Source: Gonapodya sp. JEL0774 (taxonomy: Eukaryota). Taken from it: DNA of 64,000 bases. How positions within the stretch are numbered: position 1 is the first letter of the stretch; each line of letters starts with the position of its first letter. Below the pieces are notes generated by a model. That model saw only the letters and a list, made by a program, of their open reading frames with translations, did no database searches and had not been told where the DNA came from. A program made the position numbers and the translations under genes. The stretch lies in assembly GCA_027604505.1 (NCBI GenBank), contig JADIIX010000125.1:1-64000 (forward strand). The letters are read 5' to 3'. Positions 1 to 12,636 of this stretch are shown here, one piece after another.

Positions 1-2446
1 CTCAGCTGTGACCGCTTGGTGACACACTGTATTGGAGTTCAGACATACATACATTGAGTTTCGGGACAGAAACCCACCGGTTCCGCCGCGAACCACCACA
101 AGCACACTAATTGTGTATGCACTTCGAAGTATTACACTAGTCTCAACGGTCTTCGTATTCCAAGTCCCCAGAGGATTTCCTTAGAGATTATATATTAGTT
201 TCGGGATGTGAACCTGGACATACCAGGGAAAGGAGGTACTCAATCTCAAACCGCCATCCCACGCACCCCGATTCCTTCGTGTCTGGAATTGAACATTCCC
301 GCGCTCAGTTCGAAGCGAAGACGAACTCCATTGACAGAAGCAAAAGTCCAAGGGGGAAGGTTGTATTTCTCCGCATGATGTGCTCCCTGGAGCTCGGGGC
401 CACAGAGGTGTGTCACTCCTTCTGCCCAGTGCGAACTAACTTCTAGCTCCATAAATTGCCAACCTTCATACTTGTCGTCTTTTTACTGCGCTTTTCACTT
501 CTTACACTTTGATGTTTAATACGCATCACGCTCCGCTCCTTCCTTTGAATCCGTAGACCGTAACCATCGATGATGATAAGACATGGAGCTTAGACACCTC
601 CGACTGGCCCCTATGTGACCTCCTCACCGAAAGCGAGTCCGGGACTACTGAGTCATCGGCGACGGAGATTCTTTGGCCCCTCTCAGAGGTACTGGATGAT
701 GGCGCGGTCAGCATCTCCACACCCCCCTTTTAGTCTGCCTCGAGAACTTAATGAAACAGTTTTCTCTGTTATAGAGCCCCATCTCGCTTGATTCTCTCAC
801 TACAACTCCACGTATTGCTGGTGCACCGGCGTCAGTGGATCTGCCTTCAACCTCTCCACCAATGCGCCAATTCTCAAAAGAGAAACCGCCAATTCCGATC
901 ACTACTCGCTGTACTACCGCCCAAACAGCCGCGTCCTCTGCGCATCGCACCTCTCCACACCACGCATGGCAAGATCGTCGTCGCACCACCTGGGCTGCTA
1001 CGAACAACTACAATTCTCAGCACCCCTACTATAACCGGCTGCCCCGACACTTCATATCCCCGGGATCGCCTCCGCGTCCAGGCTACGTCACCTTGACCTC
1101 TGAAATGCCTTGAATAACCTCGTCCTCCATTTGAGGAGTTTTCTTGGCATTCGGTCGAGGTACCGGGGATGTGTAGCTCTCACTAGCGGGAATTACGCAA
1201 GGTGCGTTGTGTTGGAATGGCAAGAAATTTCCCGGCGGGTCCTGTTGAAAACACTAAAAAAATGCGCCGATGGGGTTGTCAATGCACATAGCTCCTCATG
1301 TGTCCCATATTTTTGCTCCGCCGATGACCTGTCACTCCGAAACATTCGCAGTTCCGTACCCGACACGGTCCATCTAATTGCCAGTCATTTGGTGATGGCT
1401 CACCTCCCGATCGTCAGTTGGATTGCCCATCACTACTTTCGACGGCTCCCTTTTCACACGCACATCTCGGTACCACCGTTTTCACCTCCTCTCAAGTTTC
1501 GCACTCCCATCGGAAGGCTCGCGTAGGAGGGTCAAGGAGTGTGTGGTCGTAAGAGGAGTGGACGTCGCAGTAGGTGTGTGTGTGAGCTAGTGAGGGGGCA
1601 CTTATAGCGGTTGCGTCGGGGATGTTTTGTAAGCGAGGCCGAATCGAAGCGCCTGGGACTCAAGACGACGAGAACTTATATGTGTCTGGAAGCTACCGGG
1701 TAGAGCAAGCATAAGCCGTTCTCCTCGAGCCCCACCACTGTTACCGGGACATCGCCACCAGTGGAACGCGCAGGCTGTCTCTCTCCACGGCCGTCAAGCA
1801 CAATGTCTTGGAACGGAAAGCTTTTGAGATATTCTGCATCACCGAATAGACCATGAAGATTGATGTCAGTTCAGACAGGGTCGGTGGAGCGGGCCGGGGA
1901 GTCGTGGAGTGGAGTGGGAATACAGTCGAGGACAGTTGGACGGGTGGGTGGCGATCGTGGCGGTGGGCAGTGGAGAGGATCTTGGAGTGTAGTCCAAGCG
2001 CTTGAATGTGGTGAGTTGTCTTGCTAGACCGGTGGCTATATGGCCGAAGTTTGGTGGGTCTGGCGTTGTACAACACAGAAGGTCAGCTCCCGCAAAGTGG
2101 TGCCATGGTGGGGTCCGGCGATATGGAATGGGCATGTTGCATTTCGCATGGAAGATGGAGTCGGTATGGAACGAGGTGCAGCGCTGTTTTTGTCCCCTGT
2201 CTTCGTTGTAATATCACCACTTATCCACGCGCACCGATGAGGTTTATGTTTGTCAAGTTGGTTTACGCGGTAGACGTTGCCTTAATGTAAATTCGCTAGG
2301 GATACAATCTACTTTGACCTGCCACAACCGCATAGCAGACTGACCTTTTCACACCAAATGTCGCTTGCAAACTCAACCGTGCTGCTCTGTACAATGTGCA
2401 CGTAGTGAAAAAAAAAAGGTGGAAACAAGTTGATACTTTACACTCA

Positions 2447-4366
2447 TTATCTTGCTCCTGGACCCAAAAGTGATTCTTCGTGGAGGGGCTCATCTAACAA
2501 ACATCTTTCCTCAACTAATCTCTCAGCATCTATGGTCACTTCTTTTTTCTGTCCACGAGTTATCGACCATACTTGAGCGAGGTTTGTGAGAATGGTGTTT
2601 GTCAAAGCAGACAACCATAACCCAGGATCTCGGGTCGCTAGAACGTCCACGGCAGCTGGATCAGTTCCCACCAGAAAACCTTCTGAACCATCTGGTTGTA
2701 TCCTTGCCGTGGTTTCAATGTCAATGAGAGCTCCACTGCTCGTTTGAGGAAAGACAAAAACAAGAGCAAATCTGACAAGGCTAAACAATGCAGCTGAAAT
2801 ACCTGCCAGAATTGTCAAAGACCCCGATTCCCACAAGAACTTTAGGTAGAACGATGAAGTTTCTCGGAGAACTACTGATGTCTCAAGCGATGTGACTTCC
2901 GTTTGAGTTGCACTGTTCCATGCTCGAACTACTCCATCGGCACCAACAACAGCACTAAGGCCACCAGTGCCTCCGTCACAGGTGAAAGAGACTGCGCCCG
3001 ACGAGCGTGAGAGAGATTGTAGCGTGGAGAGGCGATCGAACGCCGCAGTTCTGTGCCATAGGGAAGCGGGGTTGAGGACGATGGCCGGATGCGAAGGAGT
3101 AACCGCCGCCAGTGCAGGAAGGAGCATGTGAAAATGGGATGCGTCCAGACAAATTGCAGGGACAATTGTGAAGTTGACCAGTTTTGGTGCACCTGGGCCT
3201 GGAATGCGGTGTGACGGAGAGATCGGTACAGAGACAGGAACTGATGGGATAGGGCCTTGGCCTGGGAGGAAAGACGCGGACTCCGTCAAGGGAACGAGGG
3301 CACGTTTGAGATATGTGAACGTGATGTTGCCGTGTACGTCAAAAACAATGAGAGCCTGCGCAAGTCTTCCCCGACTGTCGATTGACGACATCGCTTCGGA
3401 TCCTGCCGTTTCAAGTGGAGACAACATGTCCCAGGGTCCAGATACTGCCGCTGCAATGATAGCACGACGACTCGCTGCAACCTTTCGAACACTTGTGGTC
3501 AGCTCTAAGATATCTGCATTCGTGGTGATACGAAGTGCAGACTCGGGCCACAAAACCAGCTTTGCCCCGCGTGACGCGAGTACGTCTGAAAACAAAACAC
3601 AGAATACTGTCACCTCTGTCTGTGGCTCGAGCGACGTACAAGATCCCATTGTTAGATTCAACGTACCACTTTCGGCAACGTAATCTGCCAGTCCCCCACC
3701 GAGAGGTCGAGCACACGCCACGTTCAATAAATGTCCCGGGAGATAATCATCAGTGGGAAGTCCGAATGGGAGGCTCGAGGGGAGGAGTACAAGGAGAATG
3801 GCAAGACTAACTGTGAGTACGACGTGTCGCGGTGTAGCCTCCCGAAATCTTCCATGAGATGGGACAAATCCAGCTACCCAGGCTAGAGTCATAGCAAAAA
3901 GTCCAACTAGAAAGTCGACACCTTCTGTTCCTAAATAAGGCATCACCCAGGCTATGGCATTTGCTGGATCCAACGGTGTCCAGGAAAGTGACCGGCCCAG
4001 GTACCCACACCGCGCGATTATGGACCAACCTGCTGCCCACAAAAATGGAAGAGTTGGTGGTGAGCGGCAGGCCAAAAACGTGAGGACGAGAGCAGGTACG
4101 TCAACGGAGAGTGCTCCACTCAGAGCCAGGAACAAACTGAGGGCAGGCGATTGCGCGGCGTCGATCGCAGCGGGTAGAAGAGACAAAGTTGTAGCAAGAA
4201 CTAATGCAGCGATTCCCGCCACTGACGCTTTAATGGAACGTGACCGATCCAACCACAGAGAAACGACGAGGGTGAGCGCAATCACACACGCCGGCAAGGA
4301 TTTGTTTAATCCTGTTCCTAGGTATCCACTGAGAGCAAGTCCCACAATTTCAAGTGACGTCTCCAT
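2447..4366 (-). CDS. Membrane carbon-nitrogen hydrolase (nitrilase fold), apolipoprotein N-acyltransferase (Lnt)-like
   Basis: Several hydrophobic N-terminal segments, then the motifs KLVLWPESA (Glu), YLKRALVPLTE (Lys) and PAICLD (Cys), plus a C-terminal TM segment. An 81-nt in-frame intron is likely at 3586-3666 (GTACGT...TTTTCAG). The start is taken at METSLEIV (4366). Confidence 0.8.
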   Translation of the reverse strand: METSLEIVGLALSGYLGTGLNKSLPACVIALTLVVSLWLDRSRSIKASVAGIAALVLATTLSLLPAAIDAAQSPALSLFLALSGALSVDVPALVLTFLACRSPPTLPFLWAAGWSIIARCGYLGRSLSWTPLDPANAIAWVMPYLGTEGVDFLVGLFAMTLAWVAGFVPSHGRFREATPRHVVLTVSLAILLVLLPSSLPFGLPTDDYLPGHLLNVACARPLGGGLADYVAESGTLNLTMGSCTSLEPQTEVTVFCVLFSDVLASRGAKLVLWPESALRITTNADILELTTSVRKVAASRRAIIAAAVSGPWDMLSPLETAGSEAMSSIDSRGRLAQALIVFDVHGNITFTYLKRALVPLTESASFLPGQGPIPSVPVSVPISPSHRIPGPGAPKLVNFTIVPAICLDASHFHMLLPALAAVTPSHPAIVLNPASLWHRTAAFDRLSTLQSLSRSSGAVSFTCDGGTGGLSAVVGADGVVRAWNSATQTEVTSLETSVVLRETSSFYLKFLWESGSLTILAGISAALFSLVRFALVFVFPQTSSGALIDIETTARIQPDGSEGFLVGTDPAAVDVLATRDPGLWLSALTNTILTNLAQVWSITRGQKKEVTIDAERLVEERCLLDEPLHEESLLGPGAR

Positions 4367-4594
4367 TCGCTTCGTTGGGGGACAGCTTGGGGACAGAATT
4401 TGTGTCAGACCGAGGCCACCGCCGGCAAAACGGGGTACAGCAGAACATACAGACGACCTCGAAGTGATTCCCAAACATGGAATGTACCGAGAGGTCTGCA
4501 AGATAATGATGGCTGATATGCATTTTCGAGATGTACAGTGTCGCTACAAGTTTGTGCTAGACAAATGCTGTCCAACTGCACCCTATGTACAATG

Positions 4595-6001
4595 CTAAGA
4601 GTTCCCCGTTCCAGTTGCAGGCTTTCCCACATCAACCGAAACAAAATGATTGAGTTTCTGATTGCGGAAGTCTTTGGTGGGAAGAGGATGGAGAGGGGGT
4701 TGTCGGCGGTAGAGATATTCGAAGGGTGGAAGGAGTCGAGCGAGGTCCTCTGGTTCAATTCTGACACCGGTGCGACCGAAAATAAAGTCACAAAGAACAT
4801 CGACGCGGATGGAGAACATGTTCACTGAGTTTTTGCTGCAAGTTCGCGGATGTTACCACCTGCAGTTTGTAGTGCTGGTGTGAACACCACCTACCTGAGG
4901 TAGACTGCTCTATAACCATATTTCTCCATTGAGTTATAAATAAGGCGAGGTGATTGACCTGTGAAGCATGTAGGTAAACAAAAGCAGGTGGAATGTTATG
5001 ATGTATAATGAAGCTCACCAAACCATGGGTCCCCATGCCACACAGTGTGATTCTCTGGAACAGTCAAGGTATCTGTAGGGTCGAAGTACGGGTTGACTTC
5101 ACTGATGATAACGCGGGGACGGTATCCTGCAGGTAAGTGTAAGTAAGGGTGTGTCCGCCAGTCACCCGCAAAGGGGATATCTCCTTACCGGAATCCAAAA
5201 TTTTCTCAGTAACAAAGTAGTCTACTGAATCAATGTCTACAGACAACAGGTCAAACTCCTTGGGAACGGAATATTGCTCGAAAAGTGTGACGATGTTCTC
5301 GACTGAGATCATGTGGTTCTTGATAACCCTGGCGTCTGGTGCTTTACCGCGACCGTCCATCAGCTAAAAGTTGACCAAGCGAATACCACTAGTTGAATCT
5401 GTCTCAGGCGTGAATGGCATCGTGGCCAGGACTCACGAGACCGTCCCATTTGTACTCGTCCCAAAGATACCTCTGCAAGAAGCCAGCCGTATTAATATTC
5501 AATTCCAAACTCCTTGCTTCGCTGTGCGTCACCATGTATCTTACTCACGGTATTACATTCAGTGCAGGCTTCGGTTCCGAACTCCACATAGTCTGTACCC
5601 CGTTCACAAGTATGAGTGTAAAGTAGCGAATACAACTTCCTGGTTGTTATAAAACATCCAAACTCACATTTGTCTGTCGTGCCAATGTTGTCGAATATGT
5701 ACTCCAACACACCATCCTCGCCGCTTTGGGAAAAGACTTTGCGTTCATGTTCCCCCACGTTGAACAGAAAGTGCAGATGAGGGGCAGCGAGGACCGCAGA
5801 CAGGGCTTTATCCATCCAACGGCCATGAGGATCTCGAAAAAAGGCAGGTGGAAGTGCAACTGGTGGTGGAATCGGGGGTGGCTCTTCAAAACTTTGAGAT
5901 CCGCGACTGCTGAAGACGGACGAACTGAATATCGTCAGGATTGCGATGCATATCAGGCCAAAGGCAATGAGAGCCGGACCCTGAGCGTTTGATGGGAGCA
6001 T
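4595..6001 (-). CDS. FkbM-like SAM-dependent methyltransferase with N-terminal signal anchor (multi-exon)
   Basis: The spliced reading gives VFSQSGEDGVLEYIF, YVEFGTE, WDGLLMDG, ENIVTLFEQYSVPKEFDLLSVDIDSVDYFV, GYRPRVIISEVN, KYGYRAVYL and SVNMF. The N-terminus is hydrophobic (LIAFGLICIAILTIF). Introns are GT-AG. Confidence 0.8.
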
Positions 6002-6555
6002 TTTTCGCTGACAACTTATCGGCGAAGAGGGAAGCGATTGAGCTTTGTAACTTCCTTTTATGGAAGAAGCAATCTGGTTTTTGCATCGCCAAAGCCTCTT
6101 ACTTGGCCATACAACCACAGGCGTAAACACAGTTTGGAGGTCAGGGTCCCAGATCGCACGAGCAAATGTCCTGCAAATGAGATTATGTTGTTCGATCGAG
6201 CTTGTGGGGATCTACATTGTTAGAGTACCAGTAAAGAGTGTGCGAGGTTCTCATCCCACCGCCGTAGTGACGGATTGCACAGTTTACTGAACCTATCTTG
6301 TTATCAATTCCTTTATTTCTTTTGGTGACATCTGTCCATCCCAACTATGTACAAGGGATTTTGAATCCCGACTATATGTAGTACATACAAGGGATAGTTT
6401 TGAGACATGAGCACATAACACAGTTCCCCTTCACCAAGGTGAACCATCATTCATCCTATCGATCACCGTTACGAGATGAATTTGACGCAAAGCCGACATG
6501 CTGAACCTCCAAAAATGTCTTTCAGACCTGACTACTCTTCCAACAGACACTTCTA

Positions 6556-7071
6556 ATGTCTATCGAAACCCGCATCCTCGCCAATGTAGTCCATCGATCG
6601 CAGCAATTGCCCGTTATTGATCCTCTTGACGAGAAATGTCTGGATTCTTACAAGCGATCAATGTGGGCGGGCAGTGCGGGAGCTGTCGGGTTCATTGGGT
6701 TGATGGGATACGCATTTGTTGACACAAGACTCTTGATAAGAGAGCCGAAGAAACCGGTGAGAAAGTTTCATAATGGCTGAGACCTCGAGGTTGTGAGAAA
6801 CTAATCGGGACCCACCTTCAATTGACATCAGTGGTTGTTCGCCCTTCAACTGGGGGCCGTTTCTGGTGGAGCATTTATAACTGCATACTACCTTTCTCGA
6901 TGGGCCTCTGGAAACTGTCTTTTGTGTCTGATTCGGAACGAAAAGACGTCCGTCGGGGACATGGCACGTGAAACAATGGTGAAGTTCCATCCCCGCGCGA
7001 AGCAGTACTTTGAAATGGCAATGAAGTTGAACGAGATGGAGAGCACCATCGATGAGTCTGCGAGACGATGA
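6556..7071 (+). CDS. Small two-exon membrane protein of unknown function (~146 aa)
   Basis: Exons 6556-6756 and 6832-7071 join in phase 0 across GTGAGA...ATCAG. There are two Gly/Ala-rich hydrophobic segments and a CLLC motif. Confidence 0.7.
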
Positions 7072-8261
7072 GCTCACATGTTTGTATAGTTTTACCGCTC
7101 GTGAGTCGAAATGCATTTATGTCCGCTCTCCTTCTTCATGCTCCTCGGCTCTATATCCCGATTTTCAAACTATACTGTGCCGGATGCGTGGAACAAATCG
7201 TTTAACTGGGTTCTATTGGCTCTCAGTGAATGCACCATGCACCAAATGATCGTGTCTCGGACCTCCTTCGTTCAATTTCGCCCCCACATCCCCCCGCGGC
7301 CCCCCACCCCTCTCCGCGCTGCTGACAAGGGCGTCTGAATGGTGCCAAGACCTTGCCCATGATTTCTAGCTGCACTATTCTCTCCGCTCTCACCCTCCCA
7401 ACCACCCGCCAATCAGCCATGCGCCCTTCCGTCAACCCCGCCGAAACAGCCCCAGACCAAGTGGTTCCTTGCCTCTATTTCCACGATATGTAGCATGGAT
7501 TCACCCGGTCCGGCCTAAACGGTCATCTTGTCACGGTTTGCTGATAAGAATCGTATTTGTATCGTTTGCGAGGCGCAATGTTAAGGATGAGTCTTCGATC
7601 GTGAGTCAAGTAGTTCGGAGACTGTGGTGCTAGTGGAATTGATGGTGACTGACCTCGTCGACATTTGCTCTGATAGTGTAATAAGCACGGCGATCATTTA
7701 CATAAGTGTTACCGACAACAACAAGTTTGCTCGTGTGATAGGTACGCAGACAAGAGAGAAGAGCTTTTGCATCCTCTCACCAAGACAGTGCGGGACGTGA
7801 ACGGCGACTGGAGAAATGTGCTGCAAGAAACTTCCCGCAAGTCAATGGACACGTGACATTGGAGGCACCGGCAGTGGGGTGGAGTAGCAGTGATCTGCTT
7901 TTCAGTATCATTTTCGGGATATTTATCGCGCAAGACTCCTGCCGCTCGTTCCTACTCCGTTTGCCATTTCATCCAATGACGCTTCCCATCAATGTGAAGT
8001 ATCGTGTGCATTTTCTTTGTTTTGAGTGCGTGATAGACGAACATAATATTGGACGCTGGAAGATTGCTGGAATAGTCGAATAAATTAGTCATTCGAATTT
8101 GCGTCACACGTTGCCCCATCGGTGGCTCTCGGTTTACAAATCAACCTAGTTTTGCGTTGTACGAAAAGTCGCAAGAGATTGATTCACTCCGACTCTTACG
8201 CGCTTTGAGACCGATCGGTCATTTCATGCATTTCCGCTCCGCCTTCCTGTCACCTTTGACC

Positions 8262-10282
8262 ATGGCTACCTCTTCCTCGCAACCTGTCACACATTACTCG
8301 CTGCTTGTTCTCGGCGCGGGCATCACGGGAATCACAGCTGCAATCCGCTTTCAGCGAGAAACTGCACACCTGTCTCCCCCTCCCACTGTTGCAGTTCTTG
8401 AAGCATCACACCGTGTTGGAGGTCGCCTGCTTAACTCCAATCCCGATCAACTGCCAGAGCCCCCTGGTCCATTCGACTTGGGCGGAGCGTGGGTTACTGG
8501 ACTCACCAATAACCCGTTGGTCGCCGTTATGCAAGAGATTGGTGCTCGCTTTAAAAGTTCGCCAGAGCAATCTTCCGACCCACGAGGTTCTCCAACTATC
8601 GAGCGAGAGGAGCGCTCCGACTATTTTTCCTACCCATCGTTCGAACCAATTGACAATGTTGAATACTCGCGTGCTGAAGACCGTGCGACTTTGCTCTTGA
8701 AACGCGTTAGGTCTGAGTTTGGTGCTCCCGGCCGGTCTTTGGAACAAGCCGTAGCCCTGCTCGACGCGAAGTTGAAGGAAGAAGCCGTCGCTAACCCGGA
8801 ACAAGAAGATTACAACAGCCGAATTGCTGCTGTGGATTGGTTGACGCTTGCTGCAATGAAAGCCGCCACGGAGCCTAATGACGGTTTGTCCTTTGACCAA
8901 ATTTCTAGTCTGGAATTCGAGGAAATCGGTGAGGAACCTCGCTGACAATACTCGGTGGTTCTCTGAGCATCCAAGGCCTTGGCGTCTTTATCATTCCTAG
9001 GGTCATCGCCAACCGGCTCAGAGTACGCCACGGTCGAAGGTGGCCTTGCTTCTGTTGTGCAAAGGTACGCAGATGCAAACAAAGTGGATGTGCGATTCGG
9101 GGAAGATGTTTGCAAGGTGGAATACGGAATAGTGCAGGAAAGTCAGGAAGCGACCGCTGGAGTCCGAGTCACAACAAGAGGGGGAAGGATTTGGACAGTG
9201 AGTTTCTGTTCAAAGGATCTGACGCTCTATAAGACACCTGGAGATGACTCCTTGTGTAGCTTTTACTAGACGGGCATATTTCCTAAAATGAGGGGTCCAT
9301 TCTATTGTGCACGCTACTTCCCCGCACGCTGTCGTATTTTTTGGCTTTTGCAACTTTGAGGGGAGCTTATCGTAAATCCTTTTGTTCGCATCCTTTTCCT
9401 GACCACCACCCAAATGCAGGCAGATCACGTCATCTGCACATTCCCACACCCTGTCATCCTCTCCAATCGCGTAACCTTTGAGCCACCCCTCCCCTCTCCC
9501 TTCATCTCTGGTCTCTCCTCCCTCAATACCGGCACCCTTTCCAAGCTCATCCTTCTTTTTCCCTCCCGCTTCTGGGGTCCTTCAGTAGGCGCGATCGGTC
9601 TAATTCCAACCACCTCCTCAGAATCCCCGCCCGACTATCCTGCCTCCTTCTTGGACGCAGACGCGCTTGAGCTCGCCACACCGTACCCGCCAGAGTACAC
9701 CGGTGAAAGGTTTTACGCGTTGGTGGCATTCTGTTGGGGCAATGTGGCTAGGGTAATGGAGACCGATCTGGAAGGAACTGTAGAACGAGCGGTTACAGCC
9801 TTACGGAGGTGTTATGGGGAAGATAAGGTGGGTCGCAATGAAATGGATGCACGGGGAAGGTAATATTACATCAGAATCGACAGGTTTCTGGCCGGCATGA
9901 CCAGGATCGAACCAAAGACAACGCAATGTGACTTTGTTTCGGGCCTCTCTTGATACAACTTTTGTTTTTAATGATGCCCATGACGACTCATCGTATGACT
10001 CCTTTTGCTTAGGTACCAACTCCCAGCCACTTCCTCTCTACTTCGTGGCTCTCTTCTCCACTCACACTTGGCTCCTACTCGGCCGATTCTCTCACAATCC
10101 CCTCCACGTCCCTTGCTCCCATCCTTCGCTCGCCTATACCCTCATCAAAACGGGCTGGTACAGTGAGATTTGCTGGTGAATGGAGTGCTGGGAGGGAAGG
10201 AATCGGATATGCCCATGGGGGTGTAAGCGAAGGGATGAGAGCAGGGAGAGAAGTTGCTGAGAGTTATTTTTGTGGGGAGTGA
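8262..10282 (+). CDS. Flavin-containing amine oxidase (polyamine/monoamine oxidase family)
   Basis: Motifs VLGAGITGITAA, VLEASHRVGGRL, FDLGGAWV, ADHVICTFP, GTLSKLILLFPSRFW, LGSYS and VRFAGE..GYAHGGVSEGMRAG, spread over four exons. Confidence 0.92.
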
Positions 10283-10904
10283 TACTCATACCAGTTAGGC
10301 CAACTAAACTTCAATACCAAGACAAACAAGTATTCGATGGATTATCCAAAAAGCCGTTCGAGCTGAATAGATCTTTCATGGATTCATCTGCAGTATTTAT
10401 TCTCAACCTTAATCCACTAGTTCAAAATAGCACATGGAACTGAGCCCCCTGTCCAGCTCAGGTTGGCCTTGCATTTTTGTATTATTAGTACCGCTAAGAC
10501 TGTTGGTGAAGGGAACAAGACGTAATCTCGTTCCAGAAATGTTTTTCTGAATGCATCACACAAATGTGCGTCCCGCTCGTTGGCTGGGGAAAGCCTTAGA
10601 ATCAGAGAATCACTGGCCCCGAAGCAACTGCCGCCGCATTCATGAAGCAGTCAAATGCACTTTCGAACCAGGCCCGGAACTGATGTGATGGAATCCTCAG
10701 TAAATACAATTCATTCATATGACTACCAGTAACTAATCCAACAGAGAAGAGATGCCATTACCGACATAACCGATGAAAATTGAGAACTCAGATCCCGTGT
10801 GTACTGTCTTTCGTCAGGCTGGAACTGAAAGTTTGATAGAGAGTGCAGGTACAGCCTATAAACTTATGTGAGGAGGGGCGAGTCCATGAGTGCCGGGACT
10901 TCAT

Positions 10905-10965
10905 ATATTACTATACGAAACTAGATATAGCTCCCCCCTCCGTTAGTTCACTCACTACAGGCGAG
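10905..10965 (-). pseudogene. Remnant C-terminus of a deleted paralog of the 12637-13276 secreted protein
   Basis: Reads ...SSFV* versus ...SSFG* in the intact gene, followed by a similar 3' flank. The rest of the coding sequence is not recognisable. Confidence 0.5.
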
Positions 10966-12636
10966 CATCGATATTCTAGTAGCGAAACCTACACTTCATC
11001 TGTGAGTGGGTGGGGCGAAGATAGGTGGTGATTCTACAAGTTTAAAATCTCCCTTAACACCTCCACACAAAACACGACTAAACACGATGGCGTGTATATG
11101 TACTGGATAAACCACCCGCAATTTGAAGCCCCTAGTACATATGGACGACCCAGGTTCAGTTCAAACTAGCACAGGGAACGAAGTTCCCGTCAAAAAACAA
11201 TAGAGCGTGTCTCTATATCCCAAACCATATAGTCCGGGTGGCCATACCTGAACAGTATCGTCGCCAAGCGCCGGTTGAACATTTATATATCGTCCCCGTG
11301 CTGTGGTCTGTTACCACGTGCCACGTGTATGCCCATCCTCCAATTGTAGCCATGAAAGACCCAAGGGGTGATGGAGAAGAGCAGAGGAACTACCTGGAGG
11401 CATGCGCAGGATAGAGGGCGCTAATTTATAATATAGTGTGAGCTGAATGGAGGTGGACAGATCACGCGGCGTCTGGGCTTTGGAAACATCTGTCTGTTGG
11501 TCGTCTTCTCAGGGAAGGAGCACGAAGATGCTCCATGAAAATGTATTGCACCGAAACTTTTTTGTTTTTGCTCTCTCATTTAAGTCAAATCTGTTGCAAC
11601 TTTGAGGATGGGGATGTCCGATCCACCTTATCGCGACAATCTTCTCAACAGTGATTAGGTCTTAGCATGTGCTCATCCACGTTTTTATCCAACAATTTCC
11701 TCATTCGCATACCAGCTCTGTCCTCCCTACAATATCCGCACTGTCCCCCGTCCTCGGTTCGGGATTGTACATCTTCGAGGAAGAGCGACGTAAAAACTAA
11801 AAACATGAACTTAGAAGACCCGCAACTTTACGGATGAAACCATCAAAAAGTTCAAGTCCACTCTGTACCAGCCTCCCCCAGTGTTACGTCGAACGAACAC
11901 TCACACAGACTGTCCTTGCAGCACTTCGTCAGGTCTTAAGCGCTGCTACATACTACAGGTACATGATCCAGTTTTCCTGACTCGCCAGCAAATCTCTCAT
12001 CCCTGGGCCCTTCACAAACCGCCACCCAGTTGGCTCTTTGATCTCCACGCGTGTGTCACAGATGATCGGGGATTCATCACAGCGGAGTACAACAGCGTGA
12101 CGCATAAGGACATAAGGACGGGCAAAAATGGCCTAGAATCACTCCACATAGTCATTAAAAGACCTTCGTTGGCTATCGGACTCCTGTTGAGTGTTGATCC
12201 GAGTTACATTCGCCGGTTCCAAGTTCTGCAGGCATTATGAAAGTCAACTTTGGCCAAACTCTATGATGCCTGCGAAATTCTCAACCGGCGCTTGGCGAAG
12301 ATACTGGACAAGTTTGATCTTCCCTGTGGTATTTCGAACCGAGTCTATCAACATAGTGCACATGCACGCCAACATATACCCTCTGGAGGCTGCTAACAAC
12401 GTTACAATAACATTCAATTGGATATCGGAGATGGAGATTCTGTTGTGGAATGCAGGAACTCTCTGTTATCACTGATTCAGCACTCTCTCTGCTGACTGCT
12501 CAGACCACCATGTTGGACCGATCAGAGTTTGGTTCTTTATTCAGTTTGATAGAGAGTGCAGGTACACTCTTTAGACATCATGACTCATGTAGTAGGGGGG
12601 CTCCGCCTCAGGTGCCATGACGGGGTATATCATATG

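Noticed and set aside
1..2300. Several short ORFs that might be gene or retroelement remnants
   Set aside because: I found no recognisable domain, no consistent splice path, and no LTR or TIR.
7100..8150. Short ORFs and a C-rich tract
   Set aside because: No coherent gene model; treated as intergenic.
11881..12475. Plus-strand ORF fragments overlapping duplicated block B
   Set aside because: The frames differ between the two copies and contain stops, so no product can be supported.
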